Shown: positions 55,501-64,000 of the stretch, in pieces
How positions within the stretch are numbered: position 1 is the stretch's first letter
Layout of the letters: every line of letters starts with the position of its first letter
Origin: Auanema rhodensis
Taxonomy: Eukaryota > Animalia > Nematoda
Length of the DNA stretch: 64,000 nucleotides
Assembly (NCBI GenBank): GCA_964057225.1
Contig: OZ059896.1
Coordinates: forward strand, 21,948,001 to 22,012,000
Reading direction: 5' to 3'
Translations under genes and position numbers: made by a program
Notes under the pieces: generated by a model
Database searches by the model: none
What the model was told of the DNA's origin: nothing
Seen by the model: only the letters and a program-made list of their open reading frames with translations

Positions 55501-58500
55501 TTGTACATGGAAACTCAACATACACTAATGCATCATTTTTCAAACGATCATAAATAATTTCTGTATTAAGCGTTTCTCAATGTAGTATAGTGCATTCGAT
55601 GCGGATTTTTAAGCTGCGTCGATCTGTGTTATCAGATTTGCGCTAGCTTAAAAATGCACCGAGATATCAACTGATATAAGTTCACACTTATATCCTCGAT
55701 TTTCACCCTGAAGAATTAATTTTTTCGTTGAATAACAATGTCCATCGTCTTTGCCTTGAAAAAAGGAATCTAAAAACATCTACTTTTTGCTAAATTATTT
55801 TGAAATTTTTCGAAAAAATTTTTGTCAAAATGTTTTTGGAAGCAATGTTGAGTGTACATGGAAACTCAACATACACTAATGCATCATTTTTCAAACGATC
55901 ATAACTAATTTTTGTATTAAGCGTTTCTCAATGTAGTATAGTGCATTCGATGCGGATTTTTAAGCTGCGTCGATCTGTGTTATCAGATTTGCGCTAGCTT
56001 AAAAATGCACCGAGATATCAACTGATATAAGTTCACACTTATATCCTCGATTTTCACCCTGAAGAATTAATTTTTTCGTCGAATAACATTGTCCATCGTC
56101 TTTGCTTTGAAAAAAAAAATCTAAAAACATCTACTTTTTGCTAAATTATTTTGAAATTTTTCGAAAAAATTTTTGTCAAAATGTTTTTGGAAGCAATGTT
56201 GAGTGTACATGGAAACTCAACATACACTAATGCATCATGTTTCAAACGATCATAACTAATTTTTGTATTAAGCGTTTCTCAATGTAGTATAGTGCATTCG
56301 ATGCGGATTTTTAAGCTGCGTCGATCTGTGTTATCAGATTTGCGCTAGCTTAAAAATGCACCGAGATATCAACTGATATAAGTTCACACTTATATCCTCG
56401 ATTTTCACCCTGAAGAATTAATTTTTTCGTTGAATAACAATGTCCATCGTCTTTGCCTTGAAAGAAGGAATCTAAAAACATCTACTTTTTGCTAAATTAT
56501 TTTGAAATTTTTCGAAAAAATTTTTGTCAAAATGTTTTTGGAAGCAATGTTGAGTGTACATGGAAACTCAACATACACTAATGCATCATTTTTCAAACGA
56601 TCATAACTAATTTTTGTATTAAGCGTTTCTCAATGTAGTATAGTGCATTCGATGCGGATTTTTAAGCTGCGTCGATCTGTGTTATCAGATTTGCGCTAGC
56701 TTAAAAATGCACCGAGATATCAACTGATATAAGTTCACACTTATATCCTCGATTTTCACCCTGAAGAATTAATTTTTTCGTCGAATAACATTGTCCATCG
56801 TCTTTGCTTTGAAAAAAAGAATCTAAAAACATCTACTTTTTGCTAAATTATTTTGAAATTTTTCGAAAAAATTTTTGTCAAAATGTTTTTGGAAGCAATG
56901 TTGAGTGTACATGGAAACTCAACATACACTAATGCATCATGTTTCAAACGATCATAACTAATTTTTGTATTAAGCGTTTCTCAATGTAGTATAGTGCATT
57001 CGATGCGGATTTTTAAGCTGCGTCGATCTGTGTTATCAGATTTGCGCTAGCTTGAAAATGCACCGAGATATCAACTGATATAAGTTCACACTTATATCCT
57101 CGATTTTCACCCTGAAGAATTAATTTTTTCGTCGAATAACATTGTCCATCGTCTTTGCTTTGAAAAAAGGAATCTAAAAACATCTACTTTTTGCTAAATT
57201 ATTTTGAAATTTTTCGAAAAAATTTTTGTCAAAATGTTTTTGGAAGCAATGTTGAGTGTACATGGAAACTCAACATACACTAATGCATCATGTTTCAAAC
57301 GATCATAACTAATTTTTGTATTAAGCGTTTCTCAATGTAGTATAGTGCATTCGATGCGGATTTTTAAGCTGCGTCGATCTGTGTTATCAGATTTGCGCTA
57401 GCTTAAAAATGCACCGAGATATCAACTGATATAAGTTCACACTTATATCCTCGATTTTCACCCTGAAGAATTAATTTTTTCGTTGAATAACATTGTCCAT
57501 CGTCTTTGCTTTGAAAAAAGGAATCTAAAAACATCTACTTTTTGCTAAATTATTTTGAAATTTTTCGAAAAAAGTTTTGTCAAAATGTTTTTGGAAACAA
57601 TGTTGAGTGTACATGGAAACTCAACATACACTAATGCATCATTTTTCAAACGATCATAACTAATTTCTGTATTAAGCGTTTCTCAATGTAGTATAGTGCA
57701 TTCGATGCGGATTTTTAAGCTGCGTCGATCTGTGTTATCAGATTTGCGCTAGCTTAAAAATGCACCGAGATATCAACTGATATAAGTTCACACTTATATC
57801 CTCGATTTTCACCCTGAAGAATTAATTTTTTCGTTGAATAACAATGTCCATCGTCTTTGCCTTGAAAAAAGGAATCTAAAAACATCTACTTTTTGCTAAA
57901 TTATTTTGAAATTTTTCGAAAAAATTTTTGTCAAAATGTTTTTGGAAGCAATGTTGAGTGTACATGGAAACTCAACATACACTAATGCATCATTTTTCAA
58001 ACGATCATAACTAATTTTTGTATTAAGCGTTTCTCAATGTAGTATAGTGCATTCGATGCGGATTTTTAAGCTGCGTCGATCTGTGTTATCAGATTTGCGC
58101 TAGCTTAAAAATGCACCGAGATATCAACTGATATAAGTTCACACTTATATCCTCGATTTTCACCCTGAAGAATTAATTTTTTCGTTGAATAACATTGTCC
58201 ATCGTCTTTGCTTTGAAAAAAGGAATCTAAAAACTTCTACTTTTTGCTAAATTATTTTGAAATTTTTCGAAAAAATTTTTGTCAAAATGTTTTTGGAAAC
58301 AATGTTGAGTGTACATGGAAACTCAACATACACTAATGCATCATTTTTCAAACGATCATAACTAATTTCTGTATTAAGCGTTTCTCAATGTAGTATAGTG
58401 CATTCGATGCGGATTTTTAAGCTGCGTCGATCTGTGTTATCAGATTTGCGCTAGCTTAAAAATGCACCGAGATATCAACTGATATAAGTTCACACTTATA

Positions 58501-58968
58501 TCCTCGATTTTCACCCTGAAGAATTAATTTTTTCGTTGAATAACAATGTCCATCGTCTTTGCCTTGAAAGAAGGAATCTAAAAACATCTACTTTTTGCTA
58601 AATTATTTTGAAATTTTTCGAAAAAATTTTTGTCAAAATGTTTTTGGAAGCAATGTTGAGTGTACATGGAAACTCAACATACACTAATGCATCATGTTTC
58701 AAACGATCATAACTAATTTTTGTATTAAGCGTTTCTCAATGTAGTATAGTGCATTCGATGCGGATTTTTAAGCTGCGTCGATCTGTGTTATCAGATTTGC
58801 GCTAGCTTAAAAATGCACCGAGATATCAACTGATATAAGTTCACACTTATATCCTCGATTTTCACCCTGAAGAATTAATTTTTTCGTCGAATAACATTGT
58901 CCATCGTCTTTGCCTTGAAAAAAGGAATCTAAAAACATCTACTTTTTGCTAAATTATTTTGAAATTTT

Positions 58969-61900
58969 TCGAAAAAATTTTTGTCAAAATGTTTTTGGAA
59001 GCAATGTTGATTGTACATGGAAACTCAACATACACTAATGCATCATGTTTCAAACGATCATAACTAATTTTTGTATTAAGCGTTTCTCAATGTAGTATAG
59101 TGCATTCGATGCGGATTTTTAAGCTGCGTCGATCTGTGTTATCAGATTTGCGCTAGCTTAAAAATGCACCGAGATATCAACTGATATAAGTTCACACTTA
59201 TATCCTCGATTTTCACCCTGAAGAATTAATTTTTTCGTCGAATAACATTGTCCATCGTCTTTGCCTTAAAAAAAGGAATCTAAAAACATCTACTTTTTGC
59301 TAAATTATTCTGAAATTTTTTGAAAACATTTTTGTCAAAATGTTTTTGGAAGCAATGTTGATTGTACATGGAAACTCAACATACACTAATGCATCATTTT
59401 TCAAACGATCATAACTAATTTTTGTATTAAGCGTTTCTCAATGTAGTATAGTGCATTTGATGCGGATTTTTAAGCTGCGTCGATCTGTGTTATCAGATTT
59501 GCGCTAGCTTAAAAATGCACCGAGATATCAACTGATATAAGTTCACACTTATATCCTCGATTTTCACCCTGAAGAATTAATTTTTTCGTTGAATAACATT
59601 GTCCATCGTCTTTGCTTTGAAAAAAGGAATCTAAAAACATCTACTTTTTGCTAAATTATTTTGAAATTTTTCGAAAAAAGTTTTGTCAAAATGTTTTTGG
59701 AAACAATGTTGAGTGTACATGGAAACTCAACATACACTAATGCATCATTTTTCAAACGATCATAACTAATTTCTGTATTAAGCGTTTCTCAATGTAGTAT
59801 AGTGCATTCGATGCGGATTTTTAAGCTGCGTCGATCTGTGTTATCAGATTTGCGCTAGCTTAAAAAATGCACCGAGATATCAACTGATATAAGTTCACAC
59901 TTATATCCTCGATTTTCACCCTGAAGAATTAATTTTTTCGTTGAATAACAATGTCCATCGTCTTTGCCTTGAAAAAAGGAATCTAAAAACATCTACTTTT
60001 TGCTAAATTATTTTGAAATTTTTCGAAAAAATTTTTGTCAAAATGTTTTTGGAAGCAATGTTGAGTGTACATGGAAACTCAACATACACTAATGCATCAT
60101 TTTTCAAACGATCATAACTAATTTTTGTATTAAGCGTTTCTCAATGTAGTATAGTGCATTCGATGCGGATTTTTAAGCTGCGTCGATCTGTGTTATCAGA
60201 TTTGCGCTAGCTTAAAAATGCACCGAGATATCAACTGATATAAGTTCACACTTATATCCTCGATTTTCACCCTGAAGAATTAATTTTTTCGTCGAATAAC
60301 ATTGTCCATCGTCTTTGCTTTGGAAAAAGGAATCTAAAAACATCTACTTTTTGCTAAATTATTCTGAAATTTTTCGAAAAAAGTTTTGTCAAAATGTTTT
60401 TGGAAGCAATGTTGATTGTACATGGAAACTCAACATACACTAATGCATCATTTTTCAAACGATCATAACTAATTTTTGTATTAAGCGTTTCTCAATGTAG
60501 TATAGTGCATTCGATGCGGATTTTTAAGCTGCGTCGATCTGTGTTATCAGATTTGCGCTAGCTTAAAAATGCACCGAGATATCAACTGATATAAGTTCAC
60601 ACTTATATCCTCGATTTTCACCCTGAAGAATTAATTTTTTCGTAGAATAACATTGTCCATCGTCTTTGCCTTGAAAAAAGGAATCTAAAAACATCTACTT
60701 TTTGCTAAATTATTTTGAAATTTTTCGAAAAAATTTTTGTTAAAATGTTTTTGGAAGCAATGTTGAGTGTACATGGAAACTCAACATACACTAATGCATC
60801 ATTTTTCAAACGATCATAACTAATTTTCGTATTAAGCGTTTCTCAATGTAGTTGAGTGCATTCGATGCGGATATTTAAGCTGCGTCGATCTGTGTTATCA
60901 GATTTGCGCTAGCTTAAAAATGCACCGAGATATCAACTGATATAAGTTCACACTTATATCCTCGATTTTCACCCTGAAGAATTAATTTTTTCGTTGAATA
61001 ACATTGTCCATCGTCTTTGCCTTGAAAAAAGGAATCTAAAAACAACTACTTTTTGCTAAATTATTTTGAAATTTTTCGAAAAAATTTTTGTCAAAATGTT
61101 TTTGGAAGCAATGTTGAGTGTACATGGAAACTCAACATACACTAATGCATCATTTTTCAAACGATCATAACTAATTTTTGTATTAAGCGTTTCTCAATGT
61201 AGTATAGTGCATTCGATGCGGATTTTTAAGCTGCGTCGATCTGTGTTATCAGATTTGCGCTAGCTTAAAAATGCACCGAGATATCAACTGATATAAGTTC
61301 ACACTTATATCCTCGATTTTCACCCTGAAGAATTAATTTTTTCGTCGAATAACATTGTCCATCGTCTTTGCCTTAAAAAAAGGAATCTAAAAACATCTAC
61401 TTTTTGCTAAATTATTCTGAAATTTTTTGAAAACATTTTTGTCAAAATGTTTTTGGAAGCAATGTTGATTGTACATGGAAACTCAACATACACTAATGCA
61501 TCATTTTTCAAACGATCATAACTAATTTTTGTATTAAGCGTTTCTCAATGTAGTATAGTGCATTTGATGCGGATTTTTAAGCTGCGTCGATCTGTGTTAT
61601 CAGATTTGCGCTAGCTTAAAAATGCACCGAGATATCAACTGATATAAGTTCACACTTATATCCTCGATTTTCACCCTGAAGAATTAATTTTTTCGTCGAA
61701 TAACATTGTCCATCGTTTTTGCCTTGAAAAAAGAAATCTAAAAACATCTACTTTTTGCTAAATTATTCTGAAATTTTTCGAAAAAAGTTTTGTCAAAATG
61801 TTTTTGGAAGCAATGTTGATTGTACATGGAAACTCAACATACACTAATGCATCATTTTTCAAACGATCATAACTAATTTTTGTATTAAGCGTTTCTCAAT

Positions 61901-64000
61901 GTAGTATAGTGCATTCGATGCGGATTTTTAAGCTGCGTCGATCTGTGTTATCAGATTTTTTTTTAAAAATGCACCGAGATATCAACTGATATAAGTTCAC
62001 ACTTATATCCTCGATTTTCACCCTGAAGAATTAATTTTTTCGTAGAATAACATTGTCCATCGTCTTTGCCTTGAAAAAAGGAATCTAAAAACATCTACTT
62101 TTTGCTAAATTATTTTGAAATTTTTCGAAAAAATTTTTGTTAAAATGTTTTTGGAAGCAATGTTGAGTGTACATGGAAACTCAACATACACTAATGCATC
62201 ATTTTTCAAACGATCATAACTAATTTTTGTATTAAGCGTTTCTCAATGTAGTATAGTGCATTCGATGCGGATATTTAAGCTGCGTCGATCTGTGTTATCA
62301 GATTTGCGCTAGCTTAAAAATGCACCGAGATATCAACTGATATAAGTTCACACTTATATCCTCGATTTTCACCCTGAAGAAATAATTTTTTCGTTGAATA
62401 ACATTGTCCATCGTCTTTGCCTTGAAAAAAGGAATCTAAAAACAACTACTTTTTGCTAAATTATTTTGAAATTTTTCGAAAAAATTTTTGTCAAAATGTT
62501 TTTGGAAGCAATGTTGAGTGTACATGGAAACTCAACATACACTAATGCATCATTTTTCAAACGATCATAACTAATTTTTGTATTAAGCGTTTCTCAATGT
62601 AGTATAGTGCATTCGATGCGGATTTTTAAGCTGCGTCGATCTGTGTTATCAGATTTGCGCTAGCTTAAAAATGCACCGAGATATCAACTGATATAAGTTC
62701 ACACTTATATCCTCGATTTTCACCCTGAAGAATTAATTTTTTCGTTGAATAACATTGTCCATCGTCTTTGCCTTGAAAAAAGGAATCTAAAAACAACTAC
62801 TTTTTGCTAAATTATTTTGAAATTTTTCGAAAAAATTTTTGTCAAAATGTTTTTGGAAGCAATGTTGAGTGTACATGGAAACTCAACATACACTAATGCA
62901 TCATTTTTCAAACGATCATAACTAATTTTTGTATTAAGCGTTTCTCAATGTAGTATAGTGCATTCGATGCGGATTTTTAAGCTGCGTCGATCTGTGTTAT
63001 CAGATTTGCGCTAGCTTAAAAATGCACCGAGATATCAACTGATATAAGTTCACACTTATATCCTCGATTTTCACCCTGAAGAATTAATTTTTTCGTCGAA
63101 TAACATTGTCCATCGTCTTTGCCTTAAAAAAAGGAATCTAAAAACATCTACTTTTTGCTAAATTATTCTGAAATTTTTTGAAAACATTTTTGTCAAAATG
63201 TTTTTGGAAGCAATGTTGATTGTACATGGAAACTCAACATACACTAATGCATCATTTTTCAAACGATCATAACTAATTTTTGTATTAAGCGTTTCTCAAT
63301 GTAGTATAGTGCATTTGATGCGGATTTTTAAGCTGCGTCGATCTGTGTTATCAGATTTGCGCTAGCTTAAAAATGCACCGAGATATCAACTGATATAAGT
63401 TCACACTTATATCCTCGATTTTCACCCTGAAGAATTGATTTTTTCGTTGAATAACATTGTCCATCGTTTTTGCCTTGAAAAAAGAAATCTAAAAACATCT
63501 ACTTTTTGCTAAATTATTCTGAAATTTTTCGAAAAAAGTTTTGTCAAAATGTTTTTGGAAGCAATGTTGATTGTACATGGAAACTCAACATACACTAATG
63601 CATCATTTTTCAAACGATCATAACTAATTTTTGTATTAAGCGTTTCTCAATGTAGTATAGTGCATTCGATGCGGATTTTTAAGCTGCGTCGATCTGTGTT
63701 ATCAGATTTGCGCTAGCTTAAAAATGCACCGAGATATCAACTGATATAAGTTCACACTTATATCCTCGATTTTCACCCTGAAGAATTAATTTTTTCGTCG
63801 AATAACATTGTCCATCGTTTTTGCCTTGAAAAAAGAAATCTAAAAACATCTACTTTTTGCTAAATTATTCTGAAATTTTTCGAAAAAAGTTTTGTCAAAA
63901 TGTTTTTGGAAGCAATGTTGATTGTACATGGAAACTCAACATACACTAATGCATCATTTTTCAAACGATCATAACTAATTTTTGTATTAAGCGTTTCTCA
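58969..64000. repeat. More divergent terminal domain with a degenerate ~4-monomer HOR
   Basis: The cluster GCCTTAAAA / TATTCTGAA / TTTTGAAAAC / CATTTGATG recurs at about 59.3, 61.4 and 63.2 kb. The cluster CGTAGAAT / TGTTAAAA / GGATATTT / AACAACT recurs at about 60.6-61.0 and 62.0-62.8 kb. Both indels in the window fall in this domain. Confidence 0.75.

Larger units (their letters stand above)
1..64000. repeat. Tandem satellite array, 351-bp monomer, ~182.3 head-to-tail copies, single orientation
   Basis: TCGAAAAAA..TTTGTCAAAATG recurs at 1, 352, 703 and so on. It stays in exact register at 7021, 14041, 21061, 28081, 35101, 42121, 49141 and 56161 (multiples of 20x351). No non-repeat sequence was seen, and the array runs off both window ends. 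Confidence 0.99.

Noticed and set aside
1-64000. Repetitive protein-coding ORF, since 351 = 117 codons and would keep frame
   Set aside because: All six frames hit stops within each monomer: TGA at p40, TAA at p68 and TAA at p93 on the plus strand, and TCA/CTA/TTA triplets in all three minus-strand frames.
1-64000. CRISPR-like array of palindromic repeats
   Set aside because: The sequence between the hairpins is the same in every copy, so there are no unique spacers. There is also no leader and no cas gene.
1-64000. Collapsed or artefactual repeat
   Set aside because: Monomers carry position-specific, hierarchically ordered variants and private SNPs, as expected for a real resolved array. 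Individual near-identical duplications still need read support.
1-64000. Hidden insertion, inversion or unique island within the array
   Set aside because: The register is fully explained by the 351-bp period plus one +1 and one -4 indel, leaving no room for foreign sequence, and no strand switch was seen.

Overview
The whole 64 kb window is one uninterrupted head-to-tail satellite DNA array: about 182.3 copies of a 351-bp monomer, roughly 31% GC by hand count, with copies usually differing at only a few positions. I found no genes, RNA genes, CRISPR arrays, transposon insertions or inversions, so the sequence does not support a gene-based novel system. The monomer does carry several dyad symmetries and shows no CpG depletion, which fits invertebrate (peri)centromeric or heterochromatic satellite, but I cannot assign the species. 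The informative signal is in how the variants are arranged. There are nested higher-order duplications of 2, 3, ~4, 5, 6, 10 and 14 monomers, plus an older ~10 kb segmental copy. A homogeneous dimer core is flanked by layers that share older alleles. Length is exactly 351 bp for 170 consecutive copies. A two-base allele switches between two alternative hairpins. All monomer typing was done by eye and should be confirmed by alignment. Notation: monomer n (Mn) starts at 351(n-1)+1 up to M171, and pN is the position within the monomer.
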